From NCBI GenBank assembly GCA_964016885.1, contig OZ024741.1, positions 66,278,001-66,342,000 of the forward strand: DNA of 64,000 nt, written 5' to 3'. How positions within the stretch are numbered: position 1 is the stretch's first letter; each line of letters begins with the position of its first letter. Shown here piece after piece: positions 26,091-39,300 of the stretch. The position numbers were made by a program, and so were the translations under genes. The DNA comes from Eledone cirrhosa. Lineage: Eukaryota. The notes beneath the pieces are model-generated. The model had not been told where the DNA came from. It searched no databases and worked only from the letters and a program-made list of their open reading frames with translations.

Positions 26091-29000
26091 AATGACCATG
26101 CTGTAAAATGGAGGGGTAGAGAGGGCCCTTGAGTCTAGTAAGACATCCTCTCTAGTGCTGGTGGCACAAATAAAAGCACCCAGTCTATGCTGTAAAGTGG
26201 CGCTGGTGTTAGGAAGGGCATCCAACCAGTGTATCAATGCCAAAAAGCTTATCAGCACAGCAACAAAACAGCATAGGAACAACAACAAAATATGAAGACG
26301 TCGCATCTCAGAGTTGCAACACTTAATGTTGGCACTCTGAGGTAGATCTGCTGAAATAGCGGAGATGCTGGAGAGAAGGCAGGTGGATGTGTGCTGCGTG
26401 CAAGAGGTGAGATGGAGAGGTGCCTCTGCGAGACTAGTCGTAGGCAAGCGTCTTAGCTATAAGCTATTCTGGGTAGGTAAGGATGATGGGTTAGGGGGAG
26501 TAGGCATTTTCCTGGCTGAGAAATGGATCAATAAGACAATAGAGGTAGTTCGAGTTAGTAATCGAATAATTAAGCTTAGATTAGTTGTAGGTAGGAGACT
26601 ACTGACAATCATCTCGGTCTATGCTCCCCAAGCAGGCCTAGGCAAAGATGAGAAAGACTGCTTTTATGAGCAACTTTTGCAAACAACCACAATGACAGAG
26701 GACGGAGACATCGTTATGCTAGCAGGAGACTTCAATGGTCATGTTGGACAGCTCCAGGATGGTTACACTGGGGTACATGGTAGGCACGGTTACGGTTCAA
26801 GAAATGAAGAAGGAGTGAGACTTCTTGAATTTTGTGATGCGAGTACATTGATTATTTGCAACACAAACTTCCAGAAACCTGCCAATCACCTAATAACCTA
26901 CAAATCTGGTGAGCACATAAGCCAGATTGACTTCCTGCTAGTTAGGCAGCGGGACAGGCAGATAGTGTCTAATACCAAGGCATACCCTGGGGAAGAATGT
27001 ACCCCACAGCATAGGTTAGTTGTTAGTGATATCTCAGTAAGCAAGAGATGGAATGAGACATATAGGAAGGTGTGGAGAAGAAAGGTCTGGAAGCTAAAAG
27101 ACCTTTCACTAAAATACAAATTTAGGAAAGCCCTTCAAGATGTATATGACGAAAAAGAAGACGATTTGAGACGTATGACATAGATAATAACTGGAAGTTC
27201 TTACGTGACAACTTGCTGCAGGCTACTGATGAAACCTGTGGCTGGAGCAGAGCTCCAACCAGACAGAGAGTGACCTGGTGGTGGAACAGCACAGTAGATA
27301 AGGCCATTAGAGACAAAAGACTAGCATGGAAGGCTTGGAAAAAGGGTGGGAGTAGGGAAGAATATACAGCCACTAAGAGAGAAGCTAGACGTCAGGTGTA
27401 CTTAGCACGCAGGGAGGCAGAGAGTAGGAGGTTTGCCAATGTTCTGCGACGGGAAGATCAGAGGCGTGCAGTGTTCCATATTGCAAGGCAGTGTGTCAAT
27501 GCAAATCAGGATGTTGTTGGAGATAAATGTGTCCGGGATGATGCCGGTGTACTTAGTGTCACGAATGACCAGAAAAAGGAGGCCTGGAAATGTCATTATG
27601 AGAGACTGATGAATGTGGAGAACGAATGGGAGAGAGAGAAATTACCCTTGGTAGATCCGACAGAGGGACCAGCTATTGAGATTGACGAATATAGGGTCCA
27701 AGAGGCGATTAGGGAAATGAAAAATGGTAAGGCGGCCGGACCATCGGGAATAGTTGCTGAGATGCTGAAGGCATCAGGGGACGTAGGCACTAAACTGGTT
27801 GCACACATCATCAATCAGGCTATATATGGTGGTGTCATACCCAAAGACTGATGCAGCAGTATTCTCATAAATTGCTACAAAGGTAAAGGGGATGCTTTGG
27901 AGAGGAGCAATTATAGGGGTATAAAACTGATAGATCAGGTTATGGAAGTGGCAGAAAGGATTTTAGCACAACTAATTAGAGAAAGGGTCAAACTAGATGA
28001 GATGCAGTTTGGTTTTGTGCCTGGGAAGAGTACAACAGATGCCCTCTTCTTGGTGAGACAAATGCAAGAGAGGTTCTTAGAGAATAAGCCACTATACTTA
28101 GCCTTTGTTGACCTAGAGAAGGCCTTTGATAGGGTACCCCGATCTGTCATCTGGTGGTCCCTAAGGAAGCTAGGTGTTGAGGAATGGCTTGTGAGGACAG
28201 TGCAAACTTTGTACAGAGGTACTCTCAGTAAAGTCAGGGTAGGAATGGAGTTTAGTGAGGTATTCCAGATACAAGTAGGAGTACATCAGGGTTCGGTCCT
28301 CAGCCCGCTCTTGTTCATTATAGTCCTCCAAGCCATAACAGAGGAGTTTAAGACTGGCTGTCCATGGGAACTTCTCTATGCTGACGATCTGGCTCTTATA
28401 GCAGAATCAGTAGAGGAGCTAGAGAATAAATTCCGGCTATGGAAACAGCAGTTGGAAGCAAGAGGACTGAGAGTAAATCTAGCTAAGACAAAAGTGTTGA
28501 TGAGTAGAAAAGAGGACAAAACCCTGATTCCGTCAGGGAAATGGCCATGTTCGATATGCAGAAAAGGAACTGGCATAAATTCTATAAAATGCACACAATG
28601 CAGGTCCTGGGTACACAAGAGATGTAGCGGGATAGCAGGCAAACTAACAGGTAGGGAGAAATATGTATGCAGTAGATGTACAGGGAAATTAGACAGTAGA
28701 AGTTGCACTGATAGACACATTTTTCAAATGCGAGAGGGCACTATAGAAGTGGTGGATAGCTTCCGGTACCTAGGATATCAGATTAGCATGGGAGGAGGGT
28801 GTTCCGAGGCCATATTATCTAGAATAAGGACGGGTTGGAAGAAGTTTAGGGAGCTGCTTCCTCTGCTGACGAAGAAGGGTTTCTCCCTGCGTACGAAAGG
28901 CTGGTTGTATGATGCCTGTGTGCGGAGCGCGATGCTGCATGGTAGTGAGACATGGGCAACAACTGCAGAGAATATGCGACGGCTGGAGAGAAATGAGGCA

Positions 29001-29375
29001 AGCATGCTCCATTGGATGTGCAGTGTAAATGTGCATGAACGACCCAGCATAAATGTGTTGAGAGAGAAACTGTGTCTGAGAGGGATAGAATGTAGTGTAC
29101 GGGAGAGGAGACTGAGGTGGTATGGACATGTGATGCGCATGGAGGATGACCGATGGGTGAAGAAGTGCCAGGAAATGCCAGTTGAAGGAAGACGTGGTAG
29201 AGGTAGACCACGAAAAACATGGGCGGAGGTGGTGAGAACAGACCTCAGATCATTGAAGCTCACGGTGGAGATGACGAGGGACCGTGACGAGTGGAGAGAT
29301 GCTGTGCTGAATAAGACCCGCCCCACCCTTGCAAGCAGGGAAAAGCGGACGTAAAATGATGATGATGATGATGAT
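26091..29375 (+). mobile_element. Near full-length RTE LINE with disrupted ORF (APE endonuclease, RT, PHD-like finger)
   Basis: EN motifs CCVQEVRW, SVYAPQ, AGDFNGHVG, IDFLL, QHRLV. RT motifs NYRGIKL, QFGF, FVDLEKAFD, QGSVLSP, YADD, FRYLG. Premature stops at about 27181 and 27849. (GAT)n tail. Confidence 0.95.
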
Positions 29376-29377
29376 AT

Positions 29378-30600
29378 ATAGTGTAAGGGATTTAGTGAAT
29401 TACTGGTGGTGGTACCAAAACAAGCACTCTATGCACAGGCAGAGTGTATATATTAAAAAGAACGATGACGTTTCATTTACATGTATTTAGATTTTTATTG
29501 TGTATCGACTTGTTACAATAAAGATCTAAATACATGTAAACGAAACTTCATTGTTCTTTTTAATATATACACTCTGCCTGTATATAAAGTGCTTGTTTTG
29601 GTACCACCACCAGTAATTCACTGAATCACCTACACTATTTGCTCCTATCCACTGTCGAGCGCTGAATGCTGTGTACCATGGAGAAGTATCCATTCAAATC
29701 CTCACTAAACGACATTCCTATTTCGGACAATGACCCATCTTTAAGGATTATCATCGTACAAACAGACTTTCATAAAACATGAGATTGAGATGGTGTGCTT
29801 TCCATTTCGATAGAGGGAATGGTAACAATACACACAAATCTAAGCATCGATGGATACAAAAACACTTCAGATCTCGACGAAACCCTCCCCCACAAGGCGC
29901 ACCTCGAAGGACAAATCATACAAATTATAAGAAAACCATTAAGGATAAACTAGACATCAACAAGGAGGCATACTTATTAGCAATCTTAACCTAGCAAACC
30001 GCACAGAACCGTGCAAACTGAGGGAACCACGGATTACACTTAAGGGCCATAAAGATAATGATACAATTGACCTACCTGTCAGACTCATTGTACCATTCAG
30101 CTCTGACATAGGGAAAATCAGCAAAGGCATCCTGGACAGGATTTTACTAACACTCAGAGGAAGGATTAAACTCCAACAATGGTCCAATACCACCGAAGTG
30201 ATTACTTGGTTCAACAATATTACTACGCCTCCATTTTCCCTGTACTACTTAATAAGGCATTTATGTGTGTTGTTAAACGAACCAACCATACAAATATACT
30301 AGAGAGGAAGTTAATATTATACACACTGCTGGGATAACCCTATTTCAATTTTGAGGGACAGCTATGGACAAAGAAGGATTGACCAAACAACTTTGACATC
30401 ACTATGGGATCCAGTGACTCAGCCCAAGTCACTGACCTCGTAAGTATTTATATACCTAAGAATTTCGAGAAAGAGATCTTGGCCATTGGTGGGTGACTAT
30501 ATCGAGATGATGCCTTGTTCACCTTCATATACCGCAACAATAGCCAGTTAGAAAGGAAGAAAAAGAGTTTAATTTGAGTCTTTAAAAACTTAGGCTTGGT
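29378..30600 (+). mobile_element. Degraded Penelope-like element A with 5' fold-back terminal repeat (29378-29638) and ORF start at 29678
   Basis: MEKYPFKSSLNDIPI N-terminus, MRLRWCAF, SDIGKISKGILDRI, QWSNTTEVITWF, NFDITMGSSD and YRDDAL. Confidence 0.85.
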
Positions 30601-30684
30601 GAATAAAGATGATGATGGTAACGATGTTGATAATGTAACAAAGTGTTAATATAGAGCAAGGCAGCCTCTGCTGATCACAGGTAC

Positions 30685-32460
30685 ATTGGCCAAATAACTT
30701 TGACATCACAATGGGCTCCAGCGACTGCGCAGGTAACGAACCTGGTTGGGCTCTTCCTGCTGAAGCAGATAAAAGAAGAAATCCCCAGCTTCGGCGGTGG
30801 ACTGTATCGCGATGATACCCTCTTCACCGTCTATGACCACAGCACCACTATGGAATGAAGAGGCGAATCAGACACTTTTTTAGGAATCATGGGCTCAGTA
30901 TAGAATCAGACCCCAATAGAAAGGTAGTTAACTTCCTAGACACCACCCTAAACCTAAACACTGAGCTATACTACCCCTATCATAAGCCTAATGAGAAGCT
31001 GGTATATGTTAACGCTAAGTCAAACCATCCTAGATCTATTATTAAGGCTGTAGTCAAGAGTGTCTTGGACAGGATCTCCAACTTGTCTGCAAATAAGATT
31101 TTCAATAGTAATGCTGATTATTATAACACAGCTTTAGGTAAGGCGACCCATGGCCAAACTATATCTTATAACCCGAGGCGCCATAATAGAGATGGACCAT
31201 CAGTCCTCCCGACCTGCGGTATCCGGAAGGGAGGAAAGCCAAGCAGCACAGGGAGGGTTGAAGCCACTAAATCCCCTGAATGTGGCACCACCACTCTAGC
31301 AAAATGGATGCGAGTAAACCCAGTATGCAAGGCGGATATAGGGGGTTTTACTAACCATCCCAAACCACATGACACAGACTATGATGGATGCAGGAATATC
31401 CCAATAGGGAACCCCCGGTATGGGCAGAACAGTTAGCAAAATCCATAACGCCCAAAGGGACAGCAATAACGCAGGAAGCAGTAACACCCCAACAACTCTT
31501 TATGGCCTGCAGTGTGCTCAACCCACCCACATAGGAATAAACTAAGAAAAATTACGAGGTATAATCCACCCTACTCCGTGGGCCTGAAGACCAGCCTAGC
31601 TCGGTCATTCTTTAGGGCACTGGATAAATGCTTCCCGCAGAACCATAGTTACTGCAAAATCTTCAATAGGCACACGGTGATGCTCTCGTACTCAACCAAT
31701 AGGAATAAACTTAGGAACTTGGGACAGCCAGCAGCTGATCCTATAGGTACCCAGCAAAGCCATGATGGAGTAAATGGTGGATCAAGAACTGACCCGAGGA
31801 ACTCCAACCAACCCAGGGACCCTGTACTAGTCTCAGGGATCAACTACCCCAAACCACATAATGGGAACCCCACAATAAGCATTCAGAGGTTGATCACTTC
31901 ATGCAACTGCAGAAAACCCATATTATGCCCCCTTGGTAATGAATGCCTAGTGAAGAACAGTATACAGATGCAAAGTTACAACCTCCAACTCAGAACACCT
32001 TTACATAGGAGCCACATCGACGAGCTTCAAGGACAGATGGTATAACCACCCCCATTCCTTTAACAGAATAGACGAGGAAAAGTACGGCCCTTTCCGAACT
32101 GATCTGGAAGCTCAAGCTGGACAAGACCCCATACTCTTTGGTCTGGTCCAAGATTAGGGAGGTGCCACCTGACAAGGGGGATCTGGCATCTGCAACCTCT
32201 CTCTGAGTGAGACTCTGGAGATACTCAGCAGTGGGAGTAATCTAATCAACCTTAGGACTGATTTCTTTGGTACTTGTAGACACCTTAGGAAGGGAACTTT
32301 CCTCAAGCTATATGGATAGCAACCCCGTCACACTGAGCCCCTGGGACACCAAACACCCCCTCTCCTCTCATCTCAAAAACATTTATAACACATACTTACC
32401 TAGCAGCTAGAATCATGCCTCACACCACAGTGGTCCATCCTTATCCCTCACCTCCATATA
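30685..32460 (+). mobile_element. Penelope-like element B (RT C-half plus GIY-YIG endonuclease), frameshifted
   Basis: NFDITMGSSD, GLYRDD, VNFLDTTLNL, PYHKPN, SNHP, YNPPYS, CNCRKPILC, YIGATSTSFK, IWKLK. Confidence 0.88.
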
Positions 32461-32468
32461 TATATATA

Positions 32469-33930
32469 TAGAAGTGGCTACACAACAGTTAGTTCACCAT
32501 ACTGAGAACAATTGTTTCACCTTAGCAGATCCTCAGCTCGTAATGGACATGGTTATACGGAACAGGAATGACAACCGTATGAACGCGCATGTGCGGAAAC
32601 CGTCACTTCACACAGGCAATACTAAAAACACTTAGCTTCTACCTTCAATGAGTTAGGACTTAGGATAACAGTAGCTACCAACCTCTCTAGCGTAGATTTC
32701 TTAGACATTTATTTAGACCTTCGCACACACACCTACAGACCCTTCCATAAGCTAAACGAAAAACTCAATTACATTCACAAGGACTCATGCCACCCTCCCA
32801 CTGTTTTTAGAAACTTTGTAAATAATATCAGTACTAGAATCTCAAACCTCTCCTCTAATAAGGCTATCTTTGACAGCGCGGCACCCTACTATAACACGGT
32901 GTTAGCGAACAGCGGCTTCTCGCAACCTATCACCTACTCTCCCACTATCAACAACACCATTAAGAAAAGTAAGCGCAACAATAGACAAACTATCTGGTTC
33001 TCTCCTCCCTTCTCACTCAACGTTAAAACCAATGTAGGCAAACAATTTCTAGCCCTCTTAGATGGACACTTTCCCATAGGTCATCTTTAACCGACACAAA
33101 GTAAAACTAGGATACTCCTGTACTAAGAACATGAAGGCCCACATCACCAAAAGCCCTAAGAGCAACATCCCACCAGGGTGCTCTTGCCGTAAGCCCGAAG
33201 CTTGTCCCCTTCAACAGCAATGCAGCACACTCGCTGTAATTTATGAAGCTGTGGTCACTTCCAACCGACCAAATCAACCACAGGAGGTCAAATCCTATGT
33301 GAGTATGGTGGAGGGCCGATTTAAGGAACGCTTCCTGAACCACCAGTCGACCTTTAGGTACCCGGACAAACGTTCATCGACGAAACTCGCGAGCCACGTA
33401 TGGTCCCTCAAGGCTCAAGTATAGACTACTCCATTCAATGGAAAGCCATCACTAAGTCCAAGCCATACGCAAGGGGAAATCCGTCGTGTGGACTATGTAT
33501 TGATGAACGAATAAATATTCTAAAGAGATTATGCAATAGTGATTGCCTAAACATGAGAAATGAATTCTTCACACGTCCACACGTCTCGAAACACCTCTTA
33601 CATAACTACAAAGCTCCGGATTGAATCATAACAACATCCTAATTTTCTTATCAACTAGAAACTTTTCGGACTTTTGCAGTTATCTCCCTTACACCTCTCG
33701 CACGATTTTTAGTATTGCCTGTGTGAAGTGACGGTTTCCGCGCATGCGCGTTCGTACGGTTGTCCTTCCTGTTCCGTATAACCATGTCCATTACGAGCTG
33801 AAGATCCGCTAAGGTGAAACAATTGTTCTCAGTATGGTGAACTAACTGTTGTGTAACCACTTCTACCTAACTCGTCCCATGGACTGAGTGCTCTACCACT
33901 ACGGATATTACCTTCCAGTGTTCTACCACT
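32469..33930 (+). mobile_element. Penelope-like element C: 5'-truncated, inverted terminal repeat (32469-32628 / 33706-33865) plus unpaired 3' tail, flanked by (TA)n
   Basis: DFLDIYLDL, CHPP, WFSPPFSLNVKTNVGKQFL, CSCRKPEAC, FKERFLNH, VWSLK and CGLC. About 160-bp inverted arms. Confidence 0.92.
33792..33834 (+). ncRNA. Minimal type I hammerhead-like motif in the PLE-C terminal repeat (antisense copy at about 32500-32542)
   Basis: GAG CTGAAGA tCCgctaaGGt GAAA CAATTG TT CTC, with palindromic stem III. The first stem II pair is mismatched. Confidence 0.6.
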
Positions 33931-34862
33931 ATATATATATATCATTATCTATAAAAGGCAGATTGTTGTTGTTGTTGTGTGTGCGCATGTTCCATGTTTA
34001 TACATTTGCACAATTTCAAACCGATTCGACTCAACGTCTGTAAGAATGTTGTAAATGGTCTAACTTAGGTCAACGACTATTTATTTTATTCAACCTCACC
34101 CACAATTACGGAAATAATCGATAAAACTAAATACATGACGCTGTACCCCTCTAATACAATCTGAATTAATCTACCTAACTCCCATACATACTGCAAACTT
34201 CTCTTATATACGCTTGTAAACCCACTCCTTAATAATTTCCATTAGAGAGAGAGAAAAAAATAAAGGAGGTAGCCAGAGAGACAGAGACAAACGTTAAATA
34301 CATGACGCTTACATCTCTTATATACGCTTATAAACCCACTCCTGAATAATTTTACACAATTACGTTTTGTGTATAACATATTTACACGTTTATTGAGTGA
34401 AAAAAAAACCACATAGGGATTTTTGGCCAAACAACTTCACATTGCTGACAGAAGCACGCTTTAAACAAACTGTGAGTTATTTATTTGCCTCTGTAAGAAT
34501 GTTGTAAATGGTCTAACTTAGGTCAACGACTATTTATTTCAAAATCACCCACAATTACGGAAATAATTTCCTCTCTCTACTCCACATAAAAATCGAAAAA
34601 AAAAATACATGCTCACACACAATTACATTTTGTGTATAACAGATTTACACGTTTATTGAGTGAAAAAAAAAAACAAATAGGGATTTTTGGCCAAACAACT
34701 TCAAATTGCTGACAGAAGCGCGCTTTCAACAAACTGTGAGTTATTTATTTGCCGTTCGTTCTCCCATTGTTTCCCCTGCGGAACGCAGACAGTTTTCAGC
34801 CTTATACTTTCAAAGGCAATTTTGCTGTAGAAGTAACTTTCACTCTTTCTTTTTTACATAAA

Positions 34863-36349
34863 ATGCCACCTAAAAAGAGGTCATTTCGGTCGCCATACCG
34901 CGTCAGCGGCAGCGCAGAGGGTGATTACAGCAAACGAGCCCCCCCCCCCCCCCCAGGAAACTGCTTTAAGACTTTCACAGAGCGCCTTACGTTCAGCGGA
35001 ATGCAGAGCTGCTGAAAGTTTTCAACAACGCACCGCACGCCTAGCCAAGATGGCTTCATACGACGCCTCGAGACGTGCTGCGATGTGCGATTCAGAGCGG
35101 GCGATACGTCATTCCAAATAAAACGCTTCTACTGCTACTTCCAGGGCTTCAGAGGGCCCGGAACAAAGGTCGACTCGCCTGAATAGAAACGCTGCTGCTA
35201 CTGCTGCTTCTAATGCTTCAGAGGGCCCGGAACAAAGGGCGGCTCGACTGAATAGAAACGCTGCTGCTTCCAGGGCTTTGGAAGGTTTGGAACAGCGGAC
35301 GAATCGCTTTGCTAGGAATGCTGCAGCTATGACTGCTTCCATGACTTCTGAAGATGCAGACAGGCGCTCCATTAGGATTGCAAGGGTGGCTTCTGCTACT
35401 GCTGCGAGAGCTTCCCACGACCCACAGGAGCAACATTCTACATTGGAGCGGAACAGTCGACGACAAGAAGCTGCCCGCGGTGTGACGAGCCCTGACAGCC
35501 CATACTGGCACCTACAGGCTTTCAAGTATGAGCCCAACGTTAACTATTCGATGCGTACCAACATAAATATAGGGGAAATGCGCTTCAATTGCAAATTCTG
35601 CAATGCTAAAAAGTGGGCTGGGGAGCCACCTGCAATGTGCTGCTTAAACGGTAAGATCAGCTTGCCCCCTCTTGGGGAACCACCAGAGCCTTTGAAGGAA
35701 CTACTTACTGGTTCTACCTCAAGGTCATCCAAATTCCTTCAACTCATCAGGAAGTACAATTGTGCATTTCAAATGACTTCTTTCGGGGCTAACGTTGTCA
35801 GAGAAAGTGGTTGGATGCCTACTTTCAAGGTCCAGGGGCAGGTGTACCATCTTATTGGGTCACTCCAGCCACTACAAAATTGCAAGCCTTCGTTCCTTCA
35901 AATTTACTTCATTTCTAACTACAGTAGGCAAGTTGATGTGCGGTTCGGCGTTATTCCAACACCTGCAAACACTGACGCTGACACTTTTGAAAGGGACGTG
36001 CTGCTCGGTCTTCAAAACACGTACGTGTCTTAAGTCATCCGCATTGTGGCCCCTGGTGAAGACTCTGAAACTTCACACTAACATGCGTGCTCATATGCGA
36101 GGTGATATCACATCAGCAGCATTTTCTCACACCCTCCTTGCACTTGGCGAAGGCAAAACGCCCGGGGATGAAAAGGGTAATATTGCCATCAACTCACTTT
36201 GTACCGTTGTTAGTACGCCTTCTGATCTCAGGGATGCAGTGTTCCCAGATCTCCAAGCAAATTATCAGAATATGGATTGGCTTGCCCAAAGGGCTATTCT
36301 GGCCCCGAGGAATAAAACTGTTAACCATATTAATGATGATGATGATGAT
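34863..36349 (+). pseudogene. Helitron RepHel 5' part (frameshifted), fused directly to helicase central motifs
   Basis: MPPKKRS start, 60-69-bp N-terminal repeats, zinc-finger region, then an abrupt jump near 36020 to CLKSSALW...NMR...AILAPRN. Confidence 0.85.
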
Positions 36350-39300
36350 CATCATCATCATCAACGTTTAACGTCCGTGTTCCACGCTTGCATGGGTTTG
36401 GACGGGGGTAGTCCCACTTGAGGCAAGAGTGATTGTCTTGCTCGCATAGGACTGTCTGGCAGGTTTTCTACAGTTGGATGCCCTTCCTAACACCAACCAC
36501 ATTTACAGTGTGGGGCTGGGAGGTTTTTACCGTGTTGCCTACACGGCCACATTACAGCGTGGACTGTGTGTTTTTTTGTCGTGACACCTACACGATCTCA
36601 TTTGTTTCGGCCTGGATGGTGTGGCACCAACATAACTTTACATAGAACGGGGTGGCGTGGATGGGTTGGGGGTGGTGGGACGGGTATTTTGTTAGAGATG
36701 CCTACTGGCTGTAGTAGGTTTTACTATGTATTTAGGTAAGGTGGGTCTTCTCTGTTACTGAGTACCGCCAAAGGTCTCGGTCCAGTGACATTGTCTTGGA
36801 GAGGTGTAAGTGTGTGAGGTCGGAGTTTATCAGCTCGTCCCAGGTTTTTCTAGGTCTGCCTATTCCGTGGCTACCGTCTATCTTTATTGCCCTGCACTTT
36901 GTTATACAGCTATCGACTTTCATGCGCATCACGTGTCCATACCAACGTAGCATTCTCTCGAGTAAACAACATCTGATCCCTCTTATTTCTAATTTTTTCC
37001 TTAGTTCGTTTATGCTTTGCCGTTCACGTATATTACTGTTACACATCCAGCGGAGCATGCAAGCTTCGTTCCTCTCTAGTCTGCGTATATCCTCTGCACA
37101 CAATGCCCAGGTCTCACTGCCATGTAACATTGCTGTTCGTATGCAGGCATCGTACAACCTGCCTTTCATTTTTAGGGAGAACCCTTTAGCAGCTAATAGT
37201 GGTATAAGCTCTCTGAACTTTTTCCAACCAGTTCTGACTCTAGCTACTGTACTTTCAGAGCACCCTCCCCCACTGCTGATTTTATCACCCAGGTAACGGA
37301 AACTGTCTACTATTTCTATAGAACCCTCTGCGCAATTGAAAGAGCTAGTATTTTGTGGGCACTTGCTGCTACTTATTGCACCAGAGCACTGGCCACATGT
37401 AAAATCTATGTTCTTAGTTAGCTTACCTGTGATCCCACTACATCTTTTATGCACCCATACTTTGCATTTAGGACATAAAATGGAGTTTCTACCTACGCCT
37501 TTCCTACACACCGAGCACGACCATTTCCCAGAAGGGACCGCCGCCTTATTTTCTTTCCTACAAACTAGAACTTTAGTCTTAGCCAGGTTAATTTTAAGGC
37601 TTTTTGATTCTAGGCCGTGCTTCCATGTTTGGAATTTCTTCTCTAGCTCGGCCATTGATTCCGCTATGAGTGTCAGGTCGTCTGCGTATAGGAGTTCCCA
37701 TGGGCAGCCGGTCTTGAACTCCTCTGTTATAGCCTGAAGGGCAATAATAAATAGTAGGGGGCTGAGAACAGAGCCCTGATGGACGCCAACTTTTACGCTA
37801 AACTCTTCACTATATTCGTTGTTAATTCTAACCTTGCTGACTGTTTCTTTATACATGGCTTGTATAGCTCTCACAAGCCATTCGTCAACGCCTAGTTTTC
37901 TAAGAGCCCACCAGATAATGGAGCGGGGGACTCTGTCGAAGGCTTTCTCCAAGTCGACAAAAGCTAAGTAGAGGGGTTTACCTTTAGCTAGGTACTTCTC
38001 CTGTAGTTGTCGTACAATGAAAAGAGCGTCTGTGGTACTTTTGCCTGACACAAACCCGAACTGCATTTCATCTAGGTCAATTCTCTCTGTGGTACTTTTG
38101 CCTGACACAAACCCGAACTGCATTTCATCTAGGTCAATTCTCTCTCTGATTAGTTGTGCTATTACTTTTTCCGTAACCTTCATGACCTGGTCGATTAATT
38201 TAATGCCTCTATAGTTACCCCTATCTAGGGCGTCTCCTTTACCCTTATAACAGTTAACGATGATGCTGCTATGCCAGTCCTTCGGAACAACCCCATTCTG
38301 TACGACTTGGTTAACTATGCGGGTGACCATGGTGTGTCCCACCGTGCCAGATGCCTTCAGCATCTCAGCAACTATTTCCGAAGGCCCAGCCGCCTTACCC
38401 GTCTTCATATCCTTGATTGCCTTACTTATTATACTCCCCTCGACTAACACTGCTGGTCCCTCTATTGGGTCGATATGGGGGAGACTGTCTTTCTCCCATT
38501 TATTCTCCTCATTTAGTAGCCTTTCATAGTGACACTTCCAAGCTACCTTCTTATCAGCGTCGGTGATGGCAAGTGTGCCATCGTCGTTTAGTACACACTT
38601 CTCCCCGACAATATCACGGTTTTCCTTGACGCATTGCCTAGCAATCCTGAACACCTCACGTTTTTGGTCATCGCGTTGTAGAACATGCTTGAACTTTCTT
38701 TCCTCAACTTCCCTTCTTGCTAAGTACACTTGTCTCCTAGCTTCCCTCCTGGCCACTTGATAGTCTTCTCTACTTCCCCCATCCCGCCATACTTTCCAAG
38801 CCTGCTTTTTGGCCTTAATTGACCCCTCCACCTTACTGTTCCACCACCATGTTACTCTCCTCCTGCCTCCAGGCCTGCTCCAGCCACAGACTTCGTCTGT
38901 CGCCAACAGCAGGTTTGCTTTCAGAAATTCCCACTCTCCCTCTATATTGTCCGACTCTAAATGTTCTTCCTTACTGTCGAAAGCATCAAGTAATATGCTT
39001 TGAAATTTATTCCTGGCTGTGGGGTCCTTTAGCTTCCATATTTTTCTCCTGAGGATAGTCCTCTTCTGCTGTCGAGTACGTCTCGTCCTGACTATGAGGT
39101 CGCTAATTATCAGTCTATGTTGGGAGGTGCATTCTTCATGGGGGAGGGATTTAGTGTTTACAACAGACACTCTGTCACGTCTTCTGGTAAGGATATAATC
39201 TACTTGGCTTGTGTGTTCCCCGGATCTATAGGTGATCAGGTGATTGTCACGTTTTTTGAAGTTAGTGTTACAGATAGTTAGGTTATTTGCATCACAGAAT

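Noticed and set aside
27849-27851. In-frame TGA in the RTE as selenocysteine or readthrough
   Set aside because: It aligns to TGG (PKDW) in the intact copy. The element has other lesions, so this is a nonsense mutation.
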